A stretch of DNA of 64,000 bases from Lingula anatina (GCA_051362555.1 CM120643.1:22634848-22698847), one strand, 5' to 3'. Positions 13,001 through 41,688 are shown, numbered from the stretch's first letter. The notes: a model not told the origin generated them from the sequence alone. Numbers and translations are program-made.

Positions 13001-16000
13001 AACACTGGTTGGATTTCCTTCCACTATGGTATGAGACTGACCAACACAATGACTACCTAGGCCTCAATCCATATGTCAGCATCATTCTGACATCCATGTG
13101 CAGTGCCAAGTGATGAAACACATAAAACAAAGCATGGCCACAGTTCTAGTCTTTTTTAATCATCCATGCTCAGGTCCTGGACTCATGATATAGCCCATGC
13201 ACTATGGACATGAATCACACCTGACAGTGACCCATACTCCATACTCATGACTACCCATGTTCCAGACAGGTTTTCTAATTGACCTAGCCTAAAGTGATGA
13301 CCCAGGATCTCTGGCCCCAGGTCAAGTTCATCATCCATGTTCTGCCCTCAATCCTAAGACTAAGAGCCCTTCGTATGTTTTTCTGTTGGAGATTGTTATC
13401 CCTGCCAGACTCTCAATCCCGAGAGATAAAGCCCTTTGTATGGTTTCTGGTCACTGAGTCTCTAAACCATTATCCACGTACATGGCCTAATCTTACGTGA
13501 TACAGCCCCTTTGTATGTGTATTGGTCATTAAACAGAGGTCAACTTCCTCTTTTTTTATTGTCAGTGTCCTGACCACAAGTAGTCTGGATCTTGGTTTAG
13601 TGACCTAGAGGTCAAGTTCCTTATCCATGGCCATTGCCTGTAATTCCAACTGACCTGGCCCTGGTGCATGGATATGAGTGATGGCAGCAGTGTGGATTAC
13701 TGGGTCAGACAGTTACATAACAGCGTCTAGCCTATCCAGCCTTGCATGTGGCTAGTTTATTACACAGGTACAGTGATTATGGATTACAGGCTGTGATTTA
13801 TGTTAGAATCATTTTGCCACAAATGTAATAAACCACATCCCCAGACAAATGTGTCTTCAGACTTGCTATTTATATATCTGCTAAATTGATAATAACTAAC
13901 CAGGAAAGATCAATATGGGCCAGTGACCATAGCACCTGTCAGTCTGTCTGGACTTGAGATGGACTAGAATTAAGGTGCAGGCAGACAAGAAACAGGCACC
14001 TGTCCAGCAGATATAACCCATATACTAAATTATTGAGAGGTAGCAACATAAAGGTGGATTATTATTATAGAGAGAGAGAATGACACACACACACTCCTTA
14101 CCCAACCCCCATTTTTCACAAACATTTAACACAGGGAATAAAGAGAGGATTGTCTTCAGAGCTTCTGACATGGTGACCAGCTTATAATTCAAGTGGACAG
14201 TGATGTCATTTGGGTCTGTACCAGCGTGAACTTTAATTAAGTTCTTCATCACCTGTTAAAAAGACCCCGAGAATCATCAGCCCTGTTTTCTTTTTTCTTA
14301 GCACGAATTATTGAACAATCAGTATATATTACTGGGAAAGAAATTCTGATGAATATTTTCAGATGAGCCTAAGCATACATAATTTATCATATAAACTGAC
14401 AAGCTTAATTGTAGACTTAAGCAGTCACATGGGCAACAATTAGCCAACTCCCCATGATGTCATCCATTGCCTCACCACAGAACATTTCTATATGGAAACC
14501 ACAATACTGCAAAGACATTTGTTAAGATTAATCTAATCTGCTGCCTGAAATATGCCATCCAATGTCTATATCAGAGTTGTGAAGATTTGGGTGAGCAATC
14601 TGCTTATGAAATATGTCATAAAAAGGACTGTGTAGCACATTTCCCCTTTATTAAATCCATTATCAGCATTTGATGCTCCATACAACAAGGCGTCTGCATG
14701 AAATCACGCCTTAGGACCTTGATATTTTTTTCGTACGACACACCTGGATTTCACCTGTTATCTTGTAAATTGTGTGCGTCAGAATGGTTTATCCTTCAAC
14801 TTACTGGTTACGTAATTATCAGCCAAGAGTTGACAGGAAGGCTGATATCACAACAAGTCAGCGCAAAAAAAAACAAAAAAAAAAAAAAAAAAACATTCAC
14901 TTAGTTTAATAGCCCCCCTTCTTGGGGTGGGGGATGGGGGACCTAGATTTGCAGAGTGGTTTCATACCTAGACTATGAAGTAGGACCAGTACAGTTTCCT
15001 GACAGGTTAAAGGTATGTGTAAGGCAGCTAACACTGTCTCAAAGTCATATTTTCTGTCACCATATCAAGCAAAGCGACTAATCTTTCCCCATTTCAGACC
15101 TTAAAACAACTAAAGTACCTGATGTCGAAATTTCCTTATGAAATGTCAGGAACACATGGTGGTCTTTATGTCTAGCCAGAATTTATTCAATGAGAAATAG
15201 TATAAAACACTGAACCCAAGTGCAGGGACAGATTGAGCAATGACTCTGGTCGAGCAATGATCCGTGTGTTGAAGAAATTTTTAAAAAAATTTCTGGAGAA
15301 AAGTCTGATTTGGTATGAAAAACCCCATTTAACAAACAGGCAATCCAACAAAGAACTCGTAATGTTACTCTCTGAGACAAAGTGGGATAGCTGTGCAAAG
15401 AGCAGTATACATTATCAATGCTCTATATGCTCCGACCAGCCTCTGACTGCATGGGTATATTAAGTGTGTCTGTCTGTCTGTCTGTCTATTGGTTGTCTGA
15501 GTCTACTAATAGAATAACTATAAGAAAGACAGAGTAGAGGATTTTTTTTTACTTACAAATGTGAAGCAATTATGTTGTCTGTATTGTGAAACACAGAGTA
15601 AATAGTGGCCTGGTTATAAAACATTCTTTTTAAAAATTTAACAGTCATTTGCCAGATTCAGTCTTATATTCCTGTTTTCAAAAGCTTGACAAACATTTTG
15701 ATTAAATAAATTAAGAGACATACAGAAGCTGTTTTTCCTTAAATAATTAATGCTGGTTTTCTATTCTTTCTTTCTTGTGTATTTGTTAATTTATACAATA
15801 TTCAGTAGGCATATTCCTATTACAACTGTCATGAAAAGAGGTCCAATTCTTGCCGGGATAGTTACTTCAATCAGGGAGAAAAAAATAAAAACTTATATAG
15901 CACCCAGACTTTCACATGTCCATACATGTCCATACATTAGTGGACATCTAATTAGTGGACATTACCAAACCAAAAAAAGAGTATTTGATATCTCCAGACA

Positions 16001-16809
16001 GAAAAAAATGTTACGTCATCCCCAGACAAAATACTTCTCCTTCACCCTGAGGCCAATTTGGCATCATTGTTTGCTAAAACAAACATATCCTGTTTGAATT
16101 TTTGGAAAGGAATTTGTCTCTAATTCATGTCAATGTGGAAAAAAATTCAGCTGTGCTTGGGTTAAAAGACAAAAGAGGGTGAGAGTAAAGGAAATTAGCC
16201 TGAAGTGATAAATTAAATAAAAACTGAGCTCAGAAAAAAGGGATAAGAACAAGTTATTCTAGATGGATGCCAAAAGAACAGAAACATATAAGACTGAGGT
16301 GTGTGCATAATAGAGTCCAATTATGTTACTCTATACAATGAAAAAAATTGGCAAATCGGGAAAAAAAGTGGAAAGGCAAATTAAAACATGAGTGGTTCAC
16401 ATTAACTACACCTAGGTACAGTTTTGGCTAGTTCCACAAACAGCACGCCATCCAAGAATGACAGAGGGACCATGGTTCTCATTTTTTATGACCTATGAAG
16501 ACAAATATTTTACAGCGGTCAACGACCTAAAAAGATGGTCAGATGACCAGTTCATGTCCCCCAGGTATATACGGTCCAGCAGGATGTCATTTTTTTTGTT
16601 ACATTTTTAGTCTGCAGTGGTTCAAAAGGACAGTGGTTAAACATGTTTCATATTTACATGCATAACTGGTATAAATAATGTGTCTATTTAATTACATAAA
16701 TGGTCCAATGCAAGAGCTTTACCAATCTGCCTTGGTGGGTTTCATGCATGGTGTACTGTAGAGAGATTAATTGAAGTTTGACTCAACCAAACCTAGACAA
16801 ATGAATCTC

Positions 16810-17019
16810 GGACCCCATTCCAAAAGATTTAAAATCGATCTATCCCTGTGGGGAGTCTCACTAGATTACTTAGCTGGCTTAAGCGTCTGTCCCGCCTACT
16901 AAAAGCTGTAAAGGGGTAATTAACTGTCGTGCGCGCTCCGCTGACTGCAATTTAGCATGAACCCCCAGGGAGTTAGGTCAATCCGGGTGGATCGATCTAA
17001 ATCTCTGGGAATGCACTCT
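16810..17019. mobile_element. Degenerate palindromic MITE, family A
   Basis: Similar to 8104-8310; arms CATTCCAAAAGATTTAAAATCGATC and GATCGATCTAAATCTCTGGGAATG. Confidence 0.7.
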
Positions 17020-18389
17020 CAGAGTGCATGGTGGTGCATGCAAGTGGACACTTAGAAAGTATGTATGGATGCAGGTGTATTTGTGCACGTGTGAACGAGC
17101 ATGTGCCTTACAGGTGTGGGGCGGGAAGCAATGAGACTGCACTCACTAGAGGACAGACACGGACTCAGAAAAGGCTAAAATACCAAATTGTGTCATATTT
17201 TGAACCAACCACTTCTCCCAGTAAATCACAACAAACTTAACCAGAAAATGTGTTTTTCAAATCAACATCATCTCTCATACTATATTGGTAAATTCAAACA
17301 AGTTCATTCAATAGCAAACCATACAAATTGTTTGGTTGTTACCAAAAGAGAAAGGTCCATAACAATAGGATATCAAGTCAACCAGCCATGCATGCATGCG
17401 TGCGTGCCTGCGTGCGTGCGTGAGTGGGAGTCAATCCTATAAGCAATGCTACTCTTAGCCGCCCCTCCCCCAAGTAAAGTTTTAATAAAAATATTAAGGA
17501 AACTTCTGAAGAAAATGTTAAGGTCACTAAATATTTTGCTCATTTTTCAAATTTTTTTTAAAGGTTAGGCTTTAAGAAGAAGATATTGTATCTTATTGCA
17601 CAATGTAATATCTTTGATTCTCTCATAAAGGAAGCTTAGGAACTGCAATCTTATCCTTTGAAACTTAGTCTCCAACTTCCCATCATATCGCAAACAAACA
17701 GGCACAAATATGGCGTGTCTCAAATGACATCCACGCAATAAGTTCTTGCCTCTTGCACATGCCATAGAGTGCAGCACTATAACTTCACCATCACACCTTT
17801 CTTCTTGTCGGCTCAGCTTTATGAAAACCCCATCAAGAAATAAAACCCCAGTCACTCAACCAGTAGCTGTAAAATGGATCAGTGGCACCGATCCAGATGT
17901 CACAAGCTGGGCAATGCATTAGAAAGCGAAAAAAAGAAATCGTGTGTTATTTACGTACACATGGTTAGGTCTATGACCTCTATCCTTTCCCTTACATCAT
18001 TATGAAGGAGAATTACTGTACGGCTAGACATTACAAGCCAAACGAACAAAAAAAAAACGCATTACTAATGCATACATGACAAAATGCACAGCCTCTATCC
18101 TGTCAGTAAGAAGGACAGACAATTACTGGAGGATTAGACATAATAAGCAAAGAAAAAAAAAGTATTTTTAATGTCTGTATGCAAGGTTTATGATAAATAG
18201 CCTTCCCTCCTTCCCTTGTGTCATCATAAAGAAGTAGACATTTTGACAGGATTAATGATCATAAATGCTTGAATACTGAACCAGTGGAAACATCTTTTCT
18301 GGGGTCTCAATCTACTAAAATCCAAATTCTAGTTAAATTTTATTTCTTTTTATTTATAAAATGCTAATGTTTCTTTTCTAAAAATCACA

Positions 18390-18392
<3 letters not shown>

Positions 18393-18429
<37 letters not shown>
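18393..18429. repeat. (AC)n microsatellite
   Basis: Directly visible. Confidence 0.95.
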
Positions 18430-18432
<3 letters not shown>

Positions 18433-18796
18433 TGCATTTTATTCATGAGGTAACAACTATTCATGACTGCATTTCAACCAGTGGGAGGAAAAGCATAGAG
18501 CCAATTCCAAGAACTATATAATCATTAACAATTCAGAATCTTTGCAATCATAATAGAAACGGATCTTATGATACATTCACATATAGAATATCAATCTGGA
18601 ATTCTTAATCCCCTTCTCAGTCTTCAACTGTGCATGCCCACTGCATTTTTCTGTTCTTGTAATGGTCCTGACAACTCTTGCCAAGATAAAGAAATCATTC
18701 CCACTAATTTTCATAAAAAGCATGGACCCCAGTAAACAGGACTATTACTTTTTCAGGCCTAACCCACTTAGATCTTTATTTATTTATTTCCCAGTG

Positions 18797-21700
18797 AAAC
18801 TAGAGGATCAGAGAGGCGATACCGCCTCCGAATATTGTACCACCAGCTGGAGCAAGCGCATTCGTATAGACCCCCACATACACAAAATAAGGGACATAGC
18901 CACCAGTTTTGTGCTTGACAAGCTGTAAAAATGCAATCAACAAGAATTTTTAAACTATTGCAAAAATATATATATGGTACAATCAAATTTAAGTTCTTCG
19001 TAAGGTAGGTCAAGGGTCAATTTCAAGGTCACAGTAAATTGCCAGTATATGACTTCCTATTCAAGTTCAAGAGTAACTATGGACCTATCTCTGTCAAGTT
19101 TGAAGTTAAAAGAGAAAGAAATTAGCAGAGTTCAGTTCATGATAAAAAGTAGGTCAAAGGTCAATTTCAAGGTCACATTTAGATTGCCAGTATATGACTT
19201 TCTATTCAAGTTCAATAGTAACTATGGACCTATCTCTGCCAGTTTTGGAGATAAAAGGGAAGCAAAATTTGCAAAGTTCAGTTTATGGTGAAAAGTAGGA
19301 CAAAGGTCAATTTTAATGTCACATTTATAATGCCAGTATATGACTTCCTATTCAAGTTCAATAGTAACTACGGACCTATCTCAGCCAGTTTTGGAGATAA
19401 AAGGAAAGCAAAATTTGCAAAATTCAGTTTATGGTGTAAAGTAGGTCAAAGGTCAATTTTAAGGTCACATTTAGATTGCCAGTATATGACTTCCTTTTCA
19501 AGTTCAATAGTAACTATGGACCTATCTCTGCCAGTTTTGGAGATAAAAGGAAAGCAAAATTTGCAAAGTTCAGTTCATGGTGAAAAGTAGGTCAAAGGTC
19601 AATTTCAAGGTCACATTTAGATTGCCAGTATATGACTTCCTATTCAAGTTCAATAGTAACTATGGACCTATCTCAGCCAGTTTTGGAGATAAAAGGGAAG
19701 CAAAATTTGCAAAATTCAGTTCATGGTGAAAAGTAGGTCAAAGGTCAATTTCAAGGTCACATTTAGATTGCCAGTATATGACTTCCTATTTAAGTTCAAT
19801 AGTAACTATGGACCTATCTCTGCCAGTTTTGGAGATAAAAGGAAGCAAAATTTGCAAAGTTCAGTTTATGGTGAAAAGTAGGTCAAAGGTCAATTTTGAG
19901 GTCACATTTAGATTGCCAGTATATGACTTCCTATTCAAGTTCAATAGTAACTACGGACCTATCTCAGCCAGTTTTGGAGATAAAAGGAAAGCAAAATTTG
20001 CAAAATTCAGTTCATGGTGTAAAGTAGGTCAAAGGTCAATTTTAAGGTCACATTTAGATTGCCAGTATATGACTTCCTATTCAAGTTCAATAGTAACTAT
20101 GGACCTATCTCTGCCAGTTTTGGAGATAAAAGGGAAGCAAATTTTGCAAAGTTCAGTTTATGGTGAAAAGTAGGTCAAAGTTCAATTTTAAGGTCACATT
20201 TAGATTGCCAGTATATGACTTCCTATTCAAGTTCAATAGTAACTATGGACCTATCTCTGCCAGTTTTGGAGATAAAAGGGAAGAAAAATTTGCAAAGTTC
20301 AGTTCATGGTGAAAAGTAGGTCAAAGGTCACTTTCAAGGTCATAGTAAGATTGCCAGTATATGACTTCCTATTCAACTTCAATAGTAACTATGGACCTAT
20401 CTCTGCCAGTTTTGGAGATAAAAGGGAAGCAAAATTTGCAAAGTTCAGTTTATGGTGAAAAGTAGGACAAAGGTCAATTTTAATGTCACATTTATAATGC
20501 CAGTATATGACTTCCTATTCAAGTTCAATAGTAACTACGGACCTATCTCAGCCAGTTTTGGAGATAAAAGGAAAGCAAAATTTGCAAAATTCAGTTTATG
20601 GTGTAAAGTAGGTCAAAGGTCAATTTTAAGGTCACATTTAGATTGCCAGTATATGACTTCCTTTTCAAGTTCAATAGTAACTATGGACCTATCTCTGCCA
20701 GTTTTGGAGATAAAAGGAAAGCAAAATTTGCAAAGTTCAGTTCATGGTGAAAAGTAGGTCAAAGGTCAATTTCAAGGTCACATTTAGATTGCCAGTATAT
20801 GACTTCCTATTCAAGTTCAATAGTAACTATGGACCTATCTCAGCCAGTTTTGGAGATAAAAGGGAAGCAAAATTTGCAAAATTCAGTTCATGGTGAAAAG
20901 TAGGTCAAAGGTCAATTTCAAGGTCACATTTAGATTGCCAGTATATGACTTCCTATTTAAGTTCAATAGTAACTATGGACCTATCTCTGCCAGTTTTGGA
21001 GATAAAAGGAAGCAAAATTTGCAAAGTTCAGTTTATGGTGAAAAGTAGGTCAAAGGTCAATTTTGAGGTCACATTTAGATTGCCAGTATATGACTTCCTA
21101 TTCAAGTTCAATAGTAACTACGGACCTATCTCAGCCAGTTTTGGAGATAAAAGGAAAGCAAAATTTGCAAAATTCAGTTCATGGTGTAAAGTAGGTCAAA
21201 GGTCAATTTTAAGGTCACATTTAGATTGCCAGTATATGACTTCCTATTCAAGTTCAATAGTAACTATGGACCTATCTCTGCCAGTTTTGGAGATAAAAGG
21301 GAAGCAAATTTTGCAAAGTTCAGTTTATGGTGAAAAGTAGGTCAAAGTTCAATTTTAAGGTCACATTTAGATTGCCAGTATATGACTTCCTATTCAAGTT
21401 CAATAGTAACTATGGACCTATCTCTGCCAGTTTTGGAGATAAAAGGGAAGAAAAATTTGCAAAGTTCAGTTCATGGTGAAAAGTAGGTCAAAGGTCACTT
21501 TCAAGGTCATAGTAAGATTGCCAGTATATGACTTCCTATTCAACTTCAATAGTAACTATGGACCTATCTCTGCCAGTTTTGGAGATAAAAGGGAAGAAAA
21601 ATTTGCAAAGTTCAGTTCATGGTGAAAAGTAGGTCAAAGGTCACTTTCAAGGTCATAGTAAGATTGCCAGTATATGACTTCCTATTCAACTTCAATAGTA

Positions 21701-22742
21701 ACTATGGACCTATCTCTGCCAGTTTTGGAGATATAAGGGACTAAATGTTATAATTTTGGAGTTACCATAATGTGCCTTAAATTTCGTACAGAAAAAATTA
21801 ATTAAAATAAAGAAAATGTCATTTTGGTCAAAATTCTTGAAATAGGAGGTGCTCTGAAGTTTCAGAAGTTCAAATTTGATGAAATAATGTCATTTTTGAA
21901 CACAAGTTGTCTGCTTTGCCAAGCCTTATGTTTTATTTTTCCAGAGTTCAAAATTTATTATCCATTACCGTACTGCACATTTTGCTTTTACCACCAATAT
22001 GTACTTTTTGATACAGCGTAACTCGAAAACCGTATGGAATACAAAAAAACCGAGACCACCTCCAGTGTTGGGCTTTACATGCTCTACAAAATGCAAAAAA
22101 GAATGGGTCTCTAGCATTAACGGTTCCCGAATTAGAGACAGTTTTCAGTTTCGGTATCTTATGGCCGCTACTCCCGTGAAAATGCACCGATTGACCCCAA
22201 ATTCATGGAGATGAAAGATGACCTGAAGGGTAACACCTTCCAATAATATTATTGGTTAAGTCTGTGTGGTGTCTGAATAACAGGGCAAAAAAAATTTTTT
22301 TCGTAAAAAATTTAATTTTTTTGAAAATTTTGGCCCATTTGACCTTGAAGTAAAGGTCAAAGGTCAAATCCAAGGGTATATTTGAAATCTACACATATGA
22401 CTTTTGGAAAGCCGTCTATAGAAATTTTTCCCATAACTCCTTCCGTAGGGTAGATAATTAGCATTTAATTTTGCCATTTTTAGACAAGGGTGCATTGCAA
22501 TGAGTGCCACACCCAGACCCCAATACCAACAAAGCCCAAATTTTACGTGGAACGAGTTGAGATTATAGGTGACCTAAATCCATGAGATGGGTACGGGGGC
22601 CCTTACCGTCTAGGAGGAGAAGCGGTAACGGTAGCCGTCCGGCGGAGCCGGCGGAGCCGGCGGAGCCGGCGGAGCCGGCGGAACGATCCGGACGGGACCG
22701 AAACCATGTGTACCGCCAGCGCTAACGCTGGTGGTACAATAA
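18797..22742 (-). mobile_element. Non-autonomous Helentron (HINE/DINE-1-like) element with internal satellite
   Basis: Perfect 15-bp subterminal inverted repeats TATTGTACCACCAGC (18833-18847) and GCTGGTGGTACAATA (22727-22741). Terminal fold-back TGTACCGCCAGCG..CGCTGGTGGTACA. (CCGGCGGAG)n at 22639-22682. Hairpin GAGGCG-ATAC-CGCCTC at 18813-18828. Ends in CTAGTTT on minus, inserted in an A/T run without TSD. Confidence 0.85.
19003..21738. repeat. Tandem array, ~19 units of 145-146 bp
   Basis: Marker GGACCTATCT recurs at 19081, 19226, 19372, 19518 ... 21560, 21706 (19 copies, spacing 145-146). Confidence 0.97.
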
Positions 22743-24318
22743 AACAGCACATGAGGCAAAGTCTGCAGGCCACCAAGTCCATTACCAAAAAATCTCCATT
22801 CGGAAGCCTCTCTTTGAAAGCCATACCAAATTCGTGGGAAAGAGACCAAAATGAGAATCAATCAAAAGGAAATGACATGAACAGATTTGTGAGAGAAAAA
22901 AAATGTCTAAAAAGCTTGCATATCTGACTGTATTAAACTAGTCTTCTTTATCTAGATCTCTTCCTTGGACTTTAAATAGCATTTCATGACTGAACCCATA
23001 AAATAAGCAAGGTTATTGACCTGCACAATCCATATCTTTCCACAAAATGTTCTCGATATAAGTTCCTGCTTGCTGAAAGGTCAATGTCCTGTTTCTTATG
23101 GGCCTTACTGTTTTTTGATCTGCATTTCTGTGCTATCCAAACCAAGTCTTTTACTACTACTACTGCTACTAAAAAAAAAAAAAAAAAATGGCCTACATTC
23201 CACGACTTTTCCAGTCACAACATAAAAGACAGCATCTTTGATCTTTCTCTTATCTGTCTTTTGACTGCAGTGAACCTAGGTCTTATCCTACAGCTACTAA
23301 CAAACTGCCTTTAAAATATTCAGGCCCCAGGAACTGTGTGCAAGCAGTATATCATTATCTTATGCACTAGTTATTAGACTCTGAGGGCAAACAAGTGTCT
23401 AGTGTCTAGACTAGCCTTAGGGAAATTAACATCACCACCATTAAAGCCCACTCTTGTCGGGGAGTCCTCAAACTGCTATATGAATCTATCCTATTACATA
23501 TGAGGCAGGGAGCTGCAGTTGACTTCCTGCAAGTGCATCTATTCTCCTACCTTTTATAAAATTTGACAAGGGAAAATTGAAAATTAGTTTTTCTTCACTC
23601 CATCACTGATATGATGAAAAGCAAAAGAAGCAATCTGAGTGAACTTGAGTATAAAGGTAATCTTCATGAGGACACGTGCATAATTTAGAATACACCAAAA
23701 GCTGAAAATATAATAATCATACGATAATAATGTAATGAGTTATTTAAACCCACCCTCAATACCAATCTCAGCAAAAGTGTACATTATAAAGATTAAAATT
23801 GCAAATTCTAAATTATATCAACTTAAATAACAAATCAGACACTTATCAATAAATGATTGGAATCACCATCACAAGTATATTTTTCAAAAAAAAAAAAAAA
23901 AAAGGCATAAACATCTATCTGAACTGAGGATGACCAGTTTTCGAACAAAGCTTTTCTTCTACCCATATATACCCGCCCAAATAAGGCTTATTAATCATTG
24001 TAATTAGAAATAATTCCAATCAGTAAAAGGTGAATGTCCTCGGAGTCTGGGTACATGCAGACCACAAACTGCAGACTTAACGTGATGCATTGCAAACAAC
24101 ACCCTTCTTTTGCATGCTTACACGTCAGTTCACCACAAGTTTCAGATCCGATACATGCAAGCATCTTCATTTTCAAATCACCATATGCTCGTGCACAGTA
24201 AACTTTACTCAAATGCTTCGAAAGTTCAGACAAAACAAGCAGGCATGTTTGAAAATTTAAAAAACGAAGATGCCGACTCTGAAATTGTCACTTTCTCAAT
24301 GGCCTCCAGCTACAGAAC

Positions 24319-24470
24319 TGAATTGGTTTGGGCCAGTGACATCACATAGCAACCAATATACTTATACAAATGAAATTTAAAACCAAGAAGCTGGTTAATT
24401 TACTACCCATTACTAAGCTCTTAGGCAATATAGTCCATCTGATGATGTCATCTGGACCCAAACCAGTTTG
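24319..24470. mobile_element. Short MITE relic
   Basis: Arms AATTGGTTTGGGCCAGTGACATCA and TGATGTCATCTGGACCCAAACCAGTT; a related fragment lies near 29465-29500. Confidence 0.5.
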
Positions 24471-24921
24471 AGCATAACCCTGCAGTAGCTTATCACCTAC
24501 AGAAGCATATTAGTTAAGTTAAGTGTGTTGCAGATTCTGTATAATGTAAAAGCAATCAACACACTGGAACATTTCTGTTACAAAAGAAGCCTAACCCATT
24601 TAACTGTGTCTTTTTCAAATATTTACAAGTCTCAAGTAACACTTTTGAGAAAAAAAATTACTCCTAGTATTTTTAACACAGCTGCATACTGTGAATTACA
24701 GCTGGCCCCAAAAGTTTCGAGTCATGGCCCAAAATGACACCGAGTTGAAATTCTACTGAAAACCTCGGCATGACGTTCAACCTCTTTATATTGGCATGTG
24801 TCTGGTGTCTAGACTAGCTAAGGGGAAAAACACTCAACCATTCCATTAGATGCAATATGAAAAATCTATGAGGCTTTTCAGCTAAGATATTTTTAGCTGT
24901 ACATGGAGGAATAGTTCTGTC

Positions 24922-24953
<32 letters not shown>

Positions 24954-25533
24954 TGGTTTTGATGGTATATATACACAGTATAAACTGTTCTGCTAATTGG
25001 TATGGTCATCAGTTCCTTCGTGACTGACTATCAGTATTATCATATGCTTTTGTCTGTTTATATTTTCATTGCTGGCAAACAGACAGATGTGTCTGGAAAG
25101 AACTAAAACCACTTTCATATATCTAAAATAACACTTTATATATTCCTACAAATAATACAATCACACAATTAACATAAACCTCTAGAGAAACATATGTTTT
25201 TAGGACTCATTCTTGTTTCATTGGTCATTAATTCTATATCCACTCTTTCCAACCACCAACTAGTCGCCTGGTTGATAATAATAGTAATGCTAAATTGCCA
25301 TTAGCAAAGTTTATTTCTGATGCAACATCAACACGCATATATTTTCATTGCTGGTTAAAGGTAATGCCTTTGTAAGTTCATCTGTCATCTTTTACGATCT
25401 TTGTTTTCTAAACAATGGGTAATTTTTCATTCTGTCTTTTTAATATAGGTTTTTATTGTGATATTTCTTTTTATTCTACTCCTGTGACATATGTTTTATT
25501 TACTATTCTATATTTAATAAACAAAACACCTAC

Positions 25534-41688
<16,155 letters not shown>

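Noticed and set aside
12752-13024. 90-aa minus ORF with CxxC (MCPECG)
   Set aside because: Non-ATG start, no clear splice signals, no recognised family.
13300-13640. Faint ~70-bp periodicity (AGCCCTT.GTATG; GGTCAA.TTC)
   Set aside because: Too degenerate to define a unit by eye.
14025-14252. 75-aa minus ORF with a decent acceptor and GTAAG donor
   Set aside because: No resemblance to the PMEPA1/LDLRAD4 cytoplasmic region (no PPxY or PPNR) or to any protein I recognise.
19049-21340. Repeated ORFs in the 146-bp array, and a superficial CRISPR-like periodicity
   Set aside because: The ORFs are by-products of the satellite. The units are contiguous with no unique spacers, the context is eukaryotic, and there are no cas genes.
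22603-22927. ORFs with RRLRRL or PPAPPA repeats
   Set aside because: Translations of the HINE (CCGGCGGAG)n microsatellite.
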